Positions 12,640 through 27,176 are shown, counted from the first letter of the stretch. The stretch is 64,000 bases of DNA from Octopus sinensis (GCF_006345805.1 NC_043009.1:35650001-35714000); one strand, 5' to 3'. Notes: generated by a model from the letters alone, not told the origin. Numbers and translations are program-made.

Positions 12640-14520
12640 TTTTACATCCTGTGACCAGCTTTACTTAGTAACCTCCAGGATCGTAAAATAAGTACCATGG
12701 ATAGCTTTTTTTATAGTCTAACTAAGCTATCGACAAGTTTTTGTGTCGTTTGTGACATTCTTCCAAGATCATTTTATTGATGAGAAGCTGATCTTCACAA
12801 CCATAGGACTCACGTTTACATCCTTTTTGTTCATTAGGCAATACGCCACTTTCTATTAAAAACTATAGGTATATTCAGTCAAGACAAGTGTTAGTATTTT
12901 ATACATTGTTATTTAGCAGGCTATGGATCTATAATTTTTTGGTTTATTTGTTTCTTCATTTTCGGGAGATAGGAATATAACACCATTAAATAGCCAGGAG
13001 GGAATTATACTAGGTTGTTGCAAAACATTGCTGTAAAGTTTTTTTTAGCAGTTCATGACTTTCTGTGAAGGCATTCAACCAGAAGTTAGGAATTTTATCC
13101 TTTCCTGGATATTTCCATTTGCTTGATTTCCTGAGAGCAGATCTTACATCTTCTGCCTTGGTACCCTCTCACTTTTGCTCTTCTGAGTAGTCTAAGTTAG
13201 TAGATATTCTATCACACCAAGGGGCCTTTCAATTCTGTGGCTTTTCTCCTGCCCAAATTTTATTCCAAAATTCCTGCACTTGTTGTGATGGGACAGACTT
13301 TACTCTAAACTTTTTGGGGGTTATTTTTGAACATGTTGTTGCCCTTGAAGATTCTAACGCGCTTTTTATACCGTGTTATCCGGGCAGCTTTAGCACATAT
13401 CTTTTTCTTGATTTTTTCTATGGTGGTATCGATGTCAAGTATGGCTTTCATATTATATTTTTTCTTTAATTTTTTATTTTTGTTGGTTTGATAGTCTTGT
13501 CAAACTTAATGTTTTTTAAACATTCTATGTCAGACCTAAGTAGCTGAATTTGGTGTTGAATACGCTCTTGCCAAGTATGCTTTTTGTGGTAATGTTGTCG
13601 TTTTCTAATCTTTTCACCATATAGAACCTTTGAGATCTTCGCGGATGCATAGTAGAGGTGGTTGAGATCTGTAATATCAATATCATTAGATAAAATTATA
13701 TCCTTAAGTGCAAGGCGGAGTTTACCAATTACTTTCAGGTTTTCATTAGAGTTCTTAGTTTTTGAGAGAGTGTCTCGTTTATTCATACCGGTTTCTTTAA
13801 TTTTCAGCCATTCAATTATGATTTGCTTTGTTAGATCATGTAGTTCATTTAGGTCAATTTCTGTGTGACTTTCTTCATATATTTGATATTCATCTGCCTT
13901 GGAGTTTATGGCTGGTTCAGAAAGTATTTCACTTTGCTTATCAGTTATATTGATTCTTTTTATCATTACTGAATTTTCATCAGACCTGGGTTGGTCTATA
14001 ATTATTTCCTCTGTAGTTTCTTCATTAGCTGCAACTTCATTCCCTTTATCCCTTTCTGATTGTTTAATTCGGTCAATCTCCAATTCAGTTAGTAATTTCT
14101 TTTTCATAATGCTTCTTCTGACGTTGGCAAGTTTGTTACTGTCTATGTAGGATATTAGTTCAAGGTGCTTCTGTCTCCAGTTTTCTAGGTTTGTTCTGTA
14201 TTAGATCTATTTGTGGGGAAATACATGGCATGACAAAAGGCCGTAAGCACTTCTTTATTTTCTTCCCTAGACCAGTTTTCGTTCTTTTACATTTGGTTGT
14301 TTAATTACGAGCGTGGATGGAATATTCCGGTTGTGGGGTACTTCCAGCTACTGTAATTCGGGAAGATTTGACCCAGAAGTTGATCTTTCGGATCCAGTCT
14401 GGTTCCTCACTGGGGTACGCAGCCTTTATTAACACAGGTGACGGCCACTCCGGTTTGTATTTTGCTTTGTTATTATTGAAGTATGACGAACTTGCACGTT
14501 GACAGTAGGGGATGGATCTG
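12640..14520 (-). mobile_element. R4/Dong LINE, 5' half
   Basis: WSREENKEVLTAF...NKLANVRRSIMKKKLL, ORF 13466-14107 (TDLNHLYYASA...WQERIQHQI), then [44 protein letters not shown] and LDYKKA. Truncated after that. Confidence 0.9.
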
Positions 14521-14816
14521 TCTGTTTAGGGTTAATTTTTGAGACAACATCGCCTTCGAGTTCACTGAATAAAAACACTGCTCGTAATGTAGCTTCTTAA
14601 GACTAACAGATCTGTATTCATCTGTGTATATATATTTTTTGTTAATAGATTTATCTCCGATTATAGTTTTTTTGTGGTGTTCCTCAATTTATGAACTGTT
14701 CACTCTGTCTGTGTTACTAGGAAATAATGTTTTGTTATACTTTGTTTTGCTTCGTTTTTGACACGTATTTTTATATGCGTGTATGTGTCCTGTAAATTTC
14801 AGGTAGGTTATGTAAA

Positions 14817-14818
<2 letters not shown>

Positions 14819-14880
<62 letters not shown>
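14819..14880 (+). repeat. (TTA)n microsatellite
   Basis: Directly visible. Confidence 0.98.
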
Positions 14881-14883
<3 letters not shown>

Positions 14884-15250
14884 CCATCAAAGTGACATTG
14901 CAGTAAAATATACGAAGCCCAGTATACCTATCATGACCACCCGTCTGATAAGAGTACACCAGGTACATGCATTAGAGCCATATGTGCGCGACCTTGTTAT
15001 CTCATATCAAGATAACCAGTGCATAACCTTGCAGGTGGGGCCCAGTTACAATTTTCTTCAGGTCGAGTAGCCTTTCCCGCTCAAAAGGTCGTTGAAGAAA
15101 AGTTGTCTAAGGATGTTGAACGAAACACTCATGTTTCCACACGTGAATTATCCAAACCCCAAAGAATTCCTCTCAACACTTGGCTATGATGTCCCCCCAC
15201 TGCTTCTACACGTTATCAGAGTTGCATCTAAGCGACATGCTCAATTGTTT
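14881..15250 (-). mobile_element. Non-coding interspersed retroposon with (TAA)n tail (probable SINE or non-autonomous LINE)
   Basis: GC-richer 370-bp block whose minus-strand 3' end runs directly into the (TAA)n tract. Family not identified. Confidence 0.4.
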
Positions 15251-18200
15251 AAAGTCAAACAACTGACAAACAAATCTGTCGTACTGAACAGAATATTTTA
15301 CTATAGCCCATCTTTTATAACAAGACAATGTACATGATAACACCAAGCGGGACTGTTACGCTGGACTGCCACATTAGATTAGCAAATAATATCGTTACTT
15401 TGATGTGCTCCTAGTGAATATTTCTCGTTGAGAGATTTAGGAACAACAAAGTTTATACACACAAACACAGATAGACACATGAATATGTATGTATATGTTA
15501 GAACGTCAGAGGGTGCTTGTGTGGGTGGGTGGATGTATTTATCAAAATTAATTGTTTGTTTTTTTTCCTGATTCATTTATTGACGCCTTTCTTGAAATTT
15601 GAACGAAAACATGAAATTGCTTTTAACAGTAAAAGGGACTTAAGATGAAAGTCAAATATGGAAATTTTTTTCTTTTAATATTGGATTATTAATGAAAATA
15701 TTGTTCGGTCGTAAGTATCGATATGAAAAAAATATCTTTTAAACACTTTATAAGGGAATTATCAAAGTTAATGTCTCTGATCAAGAAGCAATAATCGTTT
15801 TCTTGTTTACCTTGTTTTCCTTCAACAGATTTTCGTAAACAGAAATATGAAATACTATACAGAGTTGCAATTTAATAATGGGGTTTTAATATCTAGTTTA
15901 CAAAGACGTTTACCAAAATGGTAGTGCCTTCATTTCCTTGAACTTACAAAAGAAGTAATTCTTTATACATGGATAGCTACGTATATACATATATTTCAAT
16001 ATACATATAGAAAAATACTCACAAATATTTCAATATACATATAGACAAATACCCACAAATATAAACAGATACACACATATGCATACATCTGTTTGTGTGC
16101 ACGTACGCGTATCCCTGTGTGCACGTACGCGTATCCCTGTGTGCATACATGTGGCTTTGAGAATAGAGTAATCTAAGAGTTCCAACTACGATCATCCCAA
16201 CCTTACCTCTAACAGCCTAAAACTATATCACGTTATGTGTCATTTCTATTCTAATTGATTTGAGGCCGATTTCGCTACTATTTGTAGATGGTGAAGTTGA
16301 CCTGAGTTTACCCAGTTATTCGTATCCCAGATCAATTTTGACTGAGCGCAGATGTGATCAAATGCATCCCATTTATGACCATCCCGTCATCTTAGAAGTA
16401 TGTCTAGAGTTACATTATCTAGTGTTCCCTTTAACGTTCATTATGAACAAGGTGCGATTATAGTGATATATAGCTGCAGTTTTCAGCAAATCGAGCGACA
16501 TCGGAAAGATTCTTTCATTGATCCATTTAGTTGTACAAAGTGAACTGGAAATAAGAAGAAAATCCACGATGAAATTAAAACTATTTCCCCAACTATATAA
16601 TGAAAATCATGATTTATAAGATAACTGTCGTTACTTGAGGTCCCTGTGGTTATTTAACCACAGGTCTACTCTCCACATACAACCCTATAATCAAAGGCAC
16701 TTCAGTCATGGTCCACACGTTTAGTATCAGACACAATCCAATCTATCCCGGTCTACATTAACTTAGGTTTTTTTTCTTTTTAAGACAGCAAGAAGCGTAG
16801 ATTGAGAGAGATACTGCTCCTATTTCTAGCAGGTCGAGCAACCACATAGATCATGTGACTTGGTATGTGATGAACGAGATTCGATTCAGTAAAATTTGTC
16901 TACAGATACTGGTTTTGCTAGTTTGAAACAATCAACAATTTGATTCTTCTGTGCAGTATAAAATTACGTGATTATATATTCCTTAAGAAAGGGACTGGAG
17001 CCTAGGAAAGAGAATACCAAGAGACCAATATTATAGAAGTAGCATATCGTTGGTGGTGGTGGTGGTATTATTGTTCTTGTTTTATTGTTATTTTTCTTAT
17101 TGTTTTTGTTATTTTCTATTATTGTTGCTTTTAGTTGTTTTACTGTTATTGCCTCTGTCTTTGTTAATATTGTTTTTGGCATTGTAGTTTTGTTCGTTGT
17201 AGTTATGTTTGTTATTATCTGTGACTGTCCTGTCTATGTATATCTAGAACTACATTGTCGGAATTGATTCCAAGAAGATTTGCAGCTATTTCTAACAGGT
17301 TGTGTGGCTGTTCAGGGGCTCCCTGGTGGTTAATATGTTATATAACAATACGAAATGGACAAGAACTGCAGTGGGAAAATGCGGGAAGATTAGAGAAATT
17401 TTGTCCCTTAACAAAAGGCAGACATTTGATATTTGGTGAAGAGATTTTTGCTACTTAACCTTAAATTTACTCTGATTCACAAGACATATTGTCACAGGCG
17501 TCCTTCCAGTTCCCATCACCATACAGTATAGTTTTTAAACTAAGTAATCCAATGGGATACCGAAGACGGTATGAGAAGGAAGAAAAACCAAGGAACCAGA
17601 GCAAGAAAAATTTCCATCGACCCAGGTAATGTGAAAAGTAAAGTCAACCATGACAGATTAGAACTCAGAATATAAACAGCAATAACTAAACATTGCAATG
17701 ATTATTTTACCAGAAAGTTATCGATCCTATTGTCGAACGTTACAACTACAAAGACGACAGATGTCCTATAAAAATATATTCTTCATATTGTACAGTACAT
17801 ACACACACGGTGTTGTTATTTTAAAGAAGTTGGGACGTTGGTGAATCGGAGTGGTTTCCTTCCTAATTGAAAATAATATTGAAATAAGAATATTATTGTA
17901 ATCTTATCCAAATAGTAATTTTAATTAGAAGAGAACAATGGAATCTGTTTACACAAGAGATAAATCAAAAATATCTGGTCAACTGAGTGGACGACGATTT
18001 TCAATTATGCCAGTGAATTAGCAGGCATTAGAGCGTAGCGTGAAATCAGCTATTTCACTGACTTAGAAACGAAAGAAATCTGTCTACCAAAACAGGCTTT
18101 ACCAATATGTTTCTTCGTATATCTTAACCACGAATTGAGATTATATTATGTTCCTTAGAGTAGCTGTAAGTTTGCCAACACTTCCAAAGTTAATCATGAA

Positions 18201-18800
18201 ATATAACCGAGAAACATTTTTCGCCATTCCCAGACTCAAAAAGCAACAGCACCTGACTCTAGTGTCATTACTGATTGTAGTTATTACATTGTTAATTTAT
18301 TATTCCAGCCTCTCTTTTTTGTTTTCATTTTCTTGAGTTAACGTTGCTTTCATTCAGTCTTGTCTTCTCTGCTAGTTCAGCTCTGTTGCTCACTCCTTTA
18401 CTTCTTATTAAATGATGACTAAATCAGCACCGTCTTATGACATGTTTCACTTGACAATTGACCTCAGGTGTCTCATGGATTTAAGGGATGAATATTAATT
18501 TGTGCATACTGTAACACACCTGCTGTGTGTATATGTGGAAGCATCAAAGGATTGCTTTATCCGGTAGGGGAATCTATAATGCTGTTAAGATAACTCTGAC
18601 GTTAGTCTGTTATTAATTGATGTTAACATCCTGACGAAATTCATTATTTCCGTTAAAACAAGAAACGAAATAGATTCCTCTTTTGGTTTGGTTGATAAGT
18701 ATACCAGTCGGCCAATACATACATGCATCATAGAATAGTCATGTAAACAATTTTAAAACGCACAAACCTTGCGCTGACTTTCATTAATTTCTTGATAGTA

Positions 18801-19036
18801 CAGTAATCACTCGACTATTGTGGGTGTTACGTTCCAACCCCACCCCGTGATAGGTAAAAATCCGCGAAATAGAAACAGTACTGTTTTGTATTTTTAAAAA
18901 TTATTTTTATCATTTGTATATATTTATTTTATTATAAATACAAAACAACACCACGGAGGAGTCGATGTAAGCTTAAATAACAAACCTCGATAGATGAACC
19001 GCGATAGGTAAACCACGATATGGTACGTGATTACTG
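18801..19036. mobile_element. pogo/Tigger-like MITE with TA target duplication
   Basis: TA|CAGTAATCAC at the left end and GTGATTACTG|TA at the right end; subterminal CCGCGATAGGT-like repeats. Confidence 0.8.
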
Positions 19037-19906
19037 TATACTATAAAATGTCAAGAAGTTTTATTCCACAATTTCAACTTGGTCACTCACAATGTTCTAA
19101 TGCTGGAAGTTAGTTACGGGGTAATTGTTATAAGCATCAGGTAATTTCTCGGTTTCTTGTTTTAATTTTTCAATATATTTCTTCATTAGGTATGGAAATG
19201 GTTAACGTCTTTATGTATTGCAGATCCGTTTGGAAAAATATCAATTTTTTCTGTGTGAGAAAGCTTCCACTCATAGAACTGAGTTTTCGGAACTCTTGTT
19301 ACTTTCACATACGGTTTTACATTTTCCCTTCATTTCTACACCTTCTTCCAAATTGTGATGTATTTTATTGATTGTTATCATAGTTATTACTATTTTTCTT
19401 CAGGTCCATTTAGGTGTGGTTTTGAATGTCTCGCGGCACCGGTCGCTGTGTAATTAACATTTGTCTGAAAATATATTCAAAATATTTCCCATAACTCTTT
19501 AATTTAAATGGTTACCCGTCGTACCTTTCAGCACAACAATAATAAATCGTAAATAAGCTGAAAAACCTGAAATATATGATATATACAAAATTATTCCACT
19601 TATCCTACTGCTAGTTATATGCAGAACTTAAGTAGGGGGCATTGGTTTACCCCTACTCAGATATACGGTTCGTACTGTTGAATGTAAAGGAATTCTGCCT
19701 TAGCATTAGCTTCTAAAGAAGTGATGGTTTGATATCCACACTGACTTTATTGCTGTACCTATCACACTCATCTGAAGCATTTCAGAAAATATAGATTAAG
19801 CTTTTCCTACGGAATAAATTCGTTTCTTTATCCTACCCCATATAACGTTTTCAATAGCTGGTGTTTTGTTTTTAAATTTCAACTGACCAATTCCATCGAA
19901 CGTTGG

Positions 19907-20486
19907 ACCTTGGCCTATCTTACTTCGGACAACAGGTAGAAGGACTTAACCGCCTACTAGTAAATAAATAAAAACTATATTTAACCAATTAGCACTTTAT
20001 TATGATTAACACTATTAATTAGTACTGCATACATAATTATTATAAATTATTATGATTAATCTAAAACCTTAGAATATGTTTACCCCTTCTCCGACTAAAA
20101 CCTAATGACGTATCCCAATATTATTATTATTATTATTATTTATTTATCCTATCCCCCTCCTCCTGTACAAAGGATCAATCCTCCAATTGCTATTTTGATG
20201 TTGTCATTTAATTAACGTTCCAAGATATACACAAGTAAAATGGTACGATTACAACCATACTCAACTCATCCCTTTTTATTCTATATGTCCTTCTTCACTT
20301 TGATGAAGCTCCATGTTTCAGATCGGTTTTATTACCAAATATGATAAATGTTTTTGTATTTCAGTGATAATACTATGCAACATTGGAAGCAGAAACAGCT
20401 GTTAGATGGGATGCAGTCTATTTGCAATGAATTAATAAATAATAACTGGTGTAAGTCAATTGATGTTCATCAATATTTCTCCATTT
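19907..20486 (+). repeat. Duplicated about 580-bp unit, copy A (empty site)
   Basis: Aligns to 21609-21826 plus 26098-26452. Contains only a short (ATT)n tract at 20118-20140. Confidence 0.9.
20365..20450 (+). CDS. Candidate 86-nt internal exon (DNTMQHWKQKQLLDGMQSICNELINNNW), gene unknown
   Basis: Acceptor tttttgtatttcag and donor gtaagt, open frame, phase 2 to 1. The paralogue at 26332-26417 keeps the frame. Confidence 0.4.
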
Positions 20487-20659
20487 ACTGTTTTCTTTAA
20501 ATTTTGATTCTTGATAAACCCATGTTTATACTTGTCTTTACCTATAATTTATGAGCATAATATGTTTGCATATGTATGCCCATGGTTAAACATAGGTAGT
20601 ATACCAGTAGTGCAATACTTCTATCCCTTAAACGGTTAATTTAACCTCGAACTCAGCTA

Positions 20660-20729
<70 letters not shown>

Positions 20730-21521
20730 GTACGTATGTCTTTATGTGCTTTATTTATTTACATATTTACATATAACTGATATAAAATTCATTAATATGT
20801 AATTCCCCCATTGACTCGTTACGTGATTGCATGTAGATACACAAATTTTATGAACAATTTTAGAATTAAGTTCTGCATTTGTTGTTATAACGTCACGAGT
20901 CATGAAAAATCGTTAAATATAATAAAATAGCTAAGTTCAAAAAGTGGTTAGATAGCAATGTTCATAGATTCAATTAATCATAAAATAGCTGATAGATTTC
21001 ATAAAATCCCTGTAACTCTAAGTAATGTCATAGAAATAAGGGCTATCAGGCCAAATTTTTTTACAAGTTCAGCTGTAGACACATTTCTGACAAGTTCAGC
21101 TGTCGAAAGAATTGTGTGATATATTTCAAAACTTCATATACTGATTCCGGCTAAGAAATAAATAAGGATATACTAAAAAATATAGTACACCACATAAAGT
21201 TCAACCTTCTTGAATCTTCTATAACAGTGATATCTGAAGGTATACTTGAAAAGTACACGACAACAGTAACAGCTATTGAAAACGTTATATGGGGTAGGAT
21301 AAATAAATAAATGAATATGAAAATGGTATATGTTTTAAAGGGCCCTAAAACACTTTGAATAGTAAATACCAGATTTAAAAAATAATATTATGGGATAAAT
21401 ATTAAGAGAGGAACCTATTCGGACATTTAGGAAATAAGACGGTTGGGGTTGAAAATGGTCCAAAAGGTTTTGAATAAGAATGTGCAATTAGTAAAAACAA
21501 AGAAACGAATTTATTCCGTAG

Positions 21522-21566
21522 GAAAATTATGGTAATATTTATGGTCCAGGGGAAGTAATAAATACG
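21522..21566 (+). CDS. Candidate 45-nt exon (ENYGNIYGPGEVINT)
   Basis: Acceptor aatttattccgtag and donor gtaagt; only the phase 0 frame is open. Confidence 0.25.
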
Positions 21567-21608
21567 GTAAGTGGCCATAATTTGGGACTGCTGGTGGCCA
21601 TCCAGTAC

Positions 21609-21826
21609 ACCTTGGCCTATCTCACTTCGGACAACAGGTGTAAGGGCTTAACCACCTACTAGTAAATAATAACAATTACATTTAACCGATTAGCATTTTA
21701 TTATGATTAATGCTATAAATTAATACTACAAACATAAATATTATAAATTATTATGATTAATCTAAAACCTTACTGTATCTTCACTCCTCCAACTAAAACC
21801 TATATGTGTATCCCACTACTACTACT
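21609..21826 (+). repeat. Duplicated unit copy B, left part
   Basis: Homologous to 19907-20117. Confidence 0.9.
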
Positions 21827-21860
21827 ATTATTATTATTATTATTGTTATTATTATTATTA

Positions 21861-21903
<43 letters not shown>

Positions 21904-21906
<3 letters not shown>

Positions 21907-24900
21907 TAGTTTTATTTTTATAGCGTACTTTTACTTCACTACCGAGCGCAGCTCTGTGTGCCTTGGGTATGTGCTGTGATTTGTTGTGATGCTCTGATGG
22001 TTATTGTATGGAAAGTGTTCTGCGTAGGATGTGTGCAGTGCCTAGTAGTGTTATTTTCTGTATGTTATACGTGTTTATAAGTCCTGTTTTTTTGTTATGT
22101 ATTTGTCTGAATATTTTTTTATCATGCCTAATGCTCCTACTATTTCTGTTTTTAGATTCCACATTCCACATTCTGGTTACCCCTATTTCCAGGTCTTTGT
22201 ATTTTGAGAGTTTCTCCATTTCTTTTAGAGACACGTTGTCATCTTCCGGTATTGATACATCAATTAGAAAGCATTTTTTTTTATATCTGGTCTGTTGGCC
22301 TTAATTTCTCTATCTCTGTGTATCGGCATAACCTAGAGTATGGTTGCTTTCTCGTTTTCTGTGACCTTTTCTGGTGTGTGTCTATACCATCTTTTTTCTG
22401 TTGTTATTCCATAATGTTGGCATAGCTTCCAGTGTATGTAGGTCCCAACTCTGTCGTGTCTGTGAATATATTCCTTCTTAGCCAGGACTGGGCAGCCAGA
22501 GATAATATGATTTATTGTTTCTTGTCCATCTCCACATATTCTGCAGTTACTTGTTATATTTCTTTTCATTACATGTTTTTGGTAATTTCTGGTGGGGAGG
22601 CTTTGGTCTAATTCTGCAATTAAAAATCCTTCTGTCTCTGCTCTGAGTCCTGAGTTTCTCAACCATTGCTGGGATTTTTCTTTGTCTATTTCTTTTCCAT
22701 TTAGTTTATTCCAGTATTTGCCATGAAGGGACTTTTCTTGCCATCGTTTTATCATGGTTCGTTCCTGTTCTAGTTTTAATTTCGATTTCATTTGTTTTAT
22801 AGCTTTTGTTGTGTCTTCATCTTCTTCTTCTTCATATTTGTTAGGTGGTATGATTTCTTTTTTGTATTTGTCAGCTTCCTTAAATACTGAGAGCAGTTTT
22901 TTGTTTTGCTCGTGTTTTGCCGCTATTTGTATCAGTTTTAACTTCCTTCTGAAATAGATATTTTTCCAGTCCTATGGTGGTTATTTTATAGTAGTTTTCC
23001 AGCTGTATAAGGTCTCTACCACCTTCTATACGTTGTATATATAGTCTTTCTATGTTAGATTTTGGGTGATGCATCCTAGATCCTGTCATTATTTTTCTTG
23101 TTTTCCTATCTATTTTGGTCAGTTCATTTAGTGTCCAGTTAAGGATATTGTAGCTGTAACTTATAACTGGGACAGCTAAAGTGTTAATACCTATTAACTT
23201 GTTTTTAGCATTGAGCTCTGTTTTTAGTATTGATCTAACTCGTCCATAATATTTTTTTTCTCTTTCATTTGTGTGTGTTGTGTCTTATCTAGTTCATGGA
23301 TTCCTAAGTAATTGTAAGTTTGGCTTTGGTCTAATTCTTTTATTTCATTGGTTTTATCTAGTGTGATGTTGCTACTCTTAACTAGTTTTTCTCTTTTCAT
23401 GGTTACTTTGGCGCATTTTTCTAATCCAAATTTCATATCTATTTCTTTGCTAAATCCATGAACTGTCTTTAATAGTGTTTCCAGCTGTTTGTCATTTGCA
23501 GCGTATAGTTTTAGGTCTTCCATATATAAAAGGTGGCTGATCATTTTGCCGTAACATTTATATCAGCATCCAATTATATTTAGCATATCAGATAGAGGTG
23601 ACAGTGCCAAGCAGAAAAGGAGTGGAGAGAGCGTGCCTCCCTAGAATATTCCTCTTCTAATGGGGATGGCTTTGGTTTTCATGAGTCCCTCTTTTGTTTG
23701 GAGCTGTAGCACTGTTTGCCATTTATTCATAGAGTGTCCTATGTATTTTATAATTGTTGTTTCGAGGATCCATGTGTGGGGCATGCTATCAAACGTCTTT
23801 TTGTAGTCGATCCAGGCCATACTGAGGCCTTTCTTCTTTCTGTAGCTGCCTTCAGTTATGGCTTTATTGATCATTAGTTGATCTTTACAGCCGTATGAGC
23901 CTTCACGGCATCCTTTCTGCTCTTCTGGAAACAGGTTGTTTTCGTCCAGGTGCTTGTTTAATCTTTGTGATATTACTGCATGAAATGCTTTGTACATTGT
24001 AGGGAGACAGGTTATAGGTCGGTAGTTTTCTGGCTTCGCTGTCTCATTTGATTTGGGAATTAAGATGGTTTTTCCCCTTCGTGAGCCATTCAGGCATTGT
24101 CTCTGGCTCTGCCAGTATGTTGTTAAAGCTTTCAGCCAGCTTTTTGTGCATTCCTGGTAGGTATTTCAACCAGAAGTTGGGGATCTTGTCATGCCCAGGT
24201 GCCTTCCAGTCGCTTAGTCTTTGCAGTGCCTGGGTGACCTCTTCAGTTGTTATGGGGGTCCAAAGTTACTCAGATGCTATGTTTGTTGTTTTAATACTCC
24301 TTTTTTTTGGTTGTTCATTCGCCGACCATATTCCTTTCCAGAATTCTTCCACTTCTTCAGCCGTTGGTTCTGCAGTGATGTCTATTTCATTCTTGCCAAG
24401 TTCTTGGTAGAACATTTTGGGGTTGGAGTTGAACTGTTTGTTTTGTTCAAAGAAACGTTGGCGTTTCTCATACCGGCGGATCCTTTGTGCTTTGGCAAGG
24501 ATATCTTGCTTTAGTTTTGCTTTTATCTCAGGTAAATCTTTTTCTGTGATGTTGTATTTGCACAGTATCTTTGTTTTCTTTTTGTTGCTTAGTAGCGTTG
24601 ATTGTCTACTGATTTCGTTAAGAATCGACAGATCTTTTCTCATTTTTTGTATTTTGTTTTGGATGATATCTATCCACGGGGTTTGTTTGAGTGGTGGTAC
24701 TCCTGTTTGGATGGGTTTGAGGGAGTATCCAGCTTCTTTTGTGGCTGCAGTGGCTGCTGTATATACTAAGTCATTTATTTCAGTGGCTATTAGTTCTGTG
24801 ATGGCTAGGTTTATGCTGTTTATAATTGGTGTTGTTGTTTTGTCTATTTTGATTTTTGTGAGGTATGGTCGGTGGTCCATCTTGAGATCTGTGTTTTTCA

Positions 24901-25942
24901 GTTCTTTGATTATTTTACTTTTTATAGTATTATAATCATTAGGCTGCCCTTCGTTTTTTCCAGGTTTTAGATTTGTGTCGCTTTCCTTCTCATCCTTATG
25001 TTTGTCTGTAGAGTTTTGGCTTGCTGCTTGTCGTGCATTATTACGGTCTGGTTTTGTTGTTTTTTGTTTACATCGTTTTTGTTGGGAATGTTGCGTTTGT
25101 CTTCGTGTTTTACTATCTCAGTGTTCATATTATTAGGCATTGTTGTGTGGCTTCTATCTACATTTTCCTGATGTGTTTTTTCTTTTAGATGTTCTATTTC
25201 TATTTCTGATATTTTTTTGTGTTGAGAATATATCTTCGTACGCTAGCTAGTTTATTAGGGTTCATTGCTGCATCTAAGTCTTTGTTTATGTTATTTTTCT
25301 TCCATATTTTATATGTATATGTTGTAGCGTTTTCATTCTTTGGGTAGAGCACTGCAGTAAAGTAAGCGTGTAGGATAGAAATGTATTCCTCACGTGTCCA
25401 TTTATGCCTTTTTGGTTTTATTTGCGGGACATGAGGAACAACGTCCGGCCCATTATTTTGACGGTCGTCATTTTCGTAGGGTACCGGTCCGTTCGTTTCT
25501 GTTGTCACATTGTTTTGTACGTGTAGGTTTTCGTACTTTCTGTGTAACAGGTTCAAAGTATGCACTTCCCGATTGTTGTTCTTGGGTTGAATAATATAGG
25601 TGTTATCTAATTTCTTCGTAGTTCTTTTGTACATGGTGTTTGGGGCCGGAGATGATCTGGCGTTGATGGATCGTAATGTATCACGCATGTTTACATGTGT
25701 TGTCTTAGAGGTGGAGATGATATCGAGTTAAAATACATCATTTCGTTTGGAAAATAGCAATAAATTTCAATGAGTATCACTTACTCGGATATAGTCCAAT
25801 CCTTTGTCAGTTAATTTATACGATGTCTTTGTTTTCGATGTTTGTGGATAGATTTCGGAGCACTGTTTTATCGTTCTCACATGTTAAACGTCCCCGATGT
25901 TCTCTTCTTAAACGTCCCGGTGTTCTTAAACGTCCCCGGTGA
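21904..25942 (-). mobile_element. Near-full-length R4/Dong-clade LINE flanked by (TAA)n arrays
   Basis: One ORF broken into 25200-25688, 24266-24880, 23641-23997, 23224-23544, 22880-23089, 22333-22791 and 22001-22234. Motifs: RHKWTREEY, EQKGCREGSYGCKDQL, DYKKTFDS, YMEDLKLY, CRICGDGQETINHIISGC and RPDI...IDVSIP...KYKDL (RLE). 3' UTR ends in a TAA tail. Confidence 0.95.
22001..25688 (-). pseudogene. Disrupted RT plus CCHC plus restriction-like endonuclease ORF of the Dong LINE
   Basis: Frameshifts and stops (for example GIF*GGTLSP, TIL*VMP) and a YMDD to YMED change indicate an inactive copy. Confidence 0.9.
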
Positions 25943-26097
<155 letters not shown>

Positions 26098-26100
<3 letters not shown>

Positions 26101-26452
26101 TTCATCCTATCCCCCTGTACAAAGGATTAATACACCATTTGCTATTTTGGTGTACTAATTTAATTAACGTCCCTAAGAGATTCACAAGCAAAATGGTACG
26201 ATTACAATTATATTCAAATCTTCCCTTTTTCTTCTCTATGCTCTTCTTATTTATTCATTCTTCACTTTGATGATGCTCCATTGTTCAAATCGGTTTTATT
26301 ACCAAATATGATAATCATTTTTGCATATCAATGGCAACACCATAGAACATTGGAAGCAGAAAAAGCTGTTGGATGGGATGCAGTCTATTTGTGTTGAATT
26401 AATAAATAATAATGGATGTAAATCAATTGTTCATCAATATTTCTCCGTTTTC
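26098..26452 (+). repeat. Duplicated unit copy B, right part, containing the exon paralogue 26332-26417
   Basis: Homologous to 20141-20486. The AG acceptor is replaced by AA and the donor reads gtaaat. Confidence 0.9.
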
Positions 26453-26550
26453 AGTTATCTTTATATACAAGTCAATTAGATGTAGCTTCATTAAAGGAAC
26501 TTTTATGTGTGAAATGTACTACTGAAATGTTTCCGATATTAACACAGCTT

Positions 26551-26757
26551 AAGGCGGCGAGCTGGCAGAATCGTTAGCACGCTGGACGAAATGATTAGCG
26601 TTATTTCGACCGTCACTACGTCTTAAGTTCAAATTCCACCGAGGGCAACTTTGCCTTTCATCCGTTCGGAGTCGATAAATTAAGTAACAGTGAAACACTA
26701 GGAGCGATGAAATCGAACACAAATTTGAGGCCTTCTGCCTATAGTAGAAAGGATATT
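26551..26757 (+). mobile_element. tRNA-headed SINE, family B (aaggcggcgagctggcagaa...)
   Basis: A-box-like and B-box-like (gttcaaattcc) segments and a gtcgactttgcctttcatcc core shared with copies at 37697, 37891, 45746, 56441 and 63190. A decayed tandem copy follows at 26768-26968. Confidence 0.85.
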
Positions 26758-27176
26758 AACATAGCTTAAGGCAGTGATCTGGCACTGCTGCGAAAAAATG
26801 CTTAACTCCATTTCTTCCGTATATGTGTGTTGTTTTCGAATACCAGAAAGGTCAACTTTGCTTTTTATCCTTTTGGAGTCGATACAAAAAGCACTAGTAG
26901 AGAACTTGTATCTACACAGTCGAAAATTGATAGCCGTGTGCCAAATTTTGAAAGTAATATTAAAATAGCGTCCTGAAGTAATTGCACTTTGATGTATGTA
27001 TTAAGTTTAAAGATTTAGTTAACAGAATGTACTTGTTAAGATATTTTGTGTTTGTATTTTCTGATATTATATTTCGTTCGATTTTTGTAAAATTACGTGG
27101 TTTTATATATATTTATATTTTCTTACACGATTATATACGTATATTTATTTATTTAATTATTTTATTGTTTTTTCTT

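Noticed and set aside
19630-19656. Hairpin AGTAGGGG...CCCCTACT near CTAG as a Helitron end
   Set aside because: No matching 5' TC end or second copy found.
20300-20345. Minus-strand peptide IIFGNKTDL resembling the small-GTPase G4 motif
   Set aside because: Flanked by stops in both paralogues and no other G motifs.
24417-24935. 172-aa hydrophobic plus-strand ORF
   Set aside because: Antisense shadow of the Dong LINE ORF.
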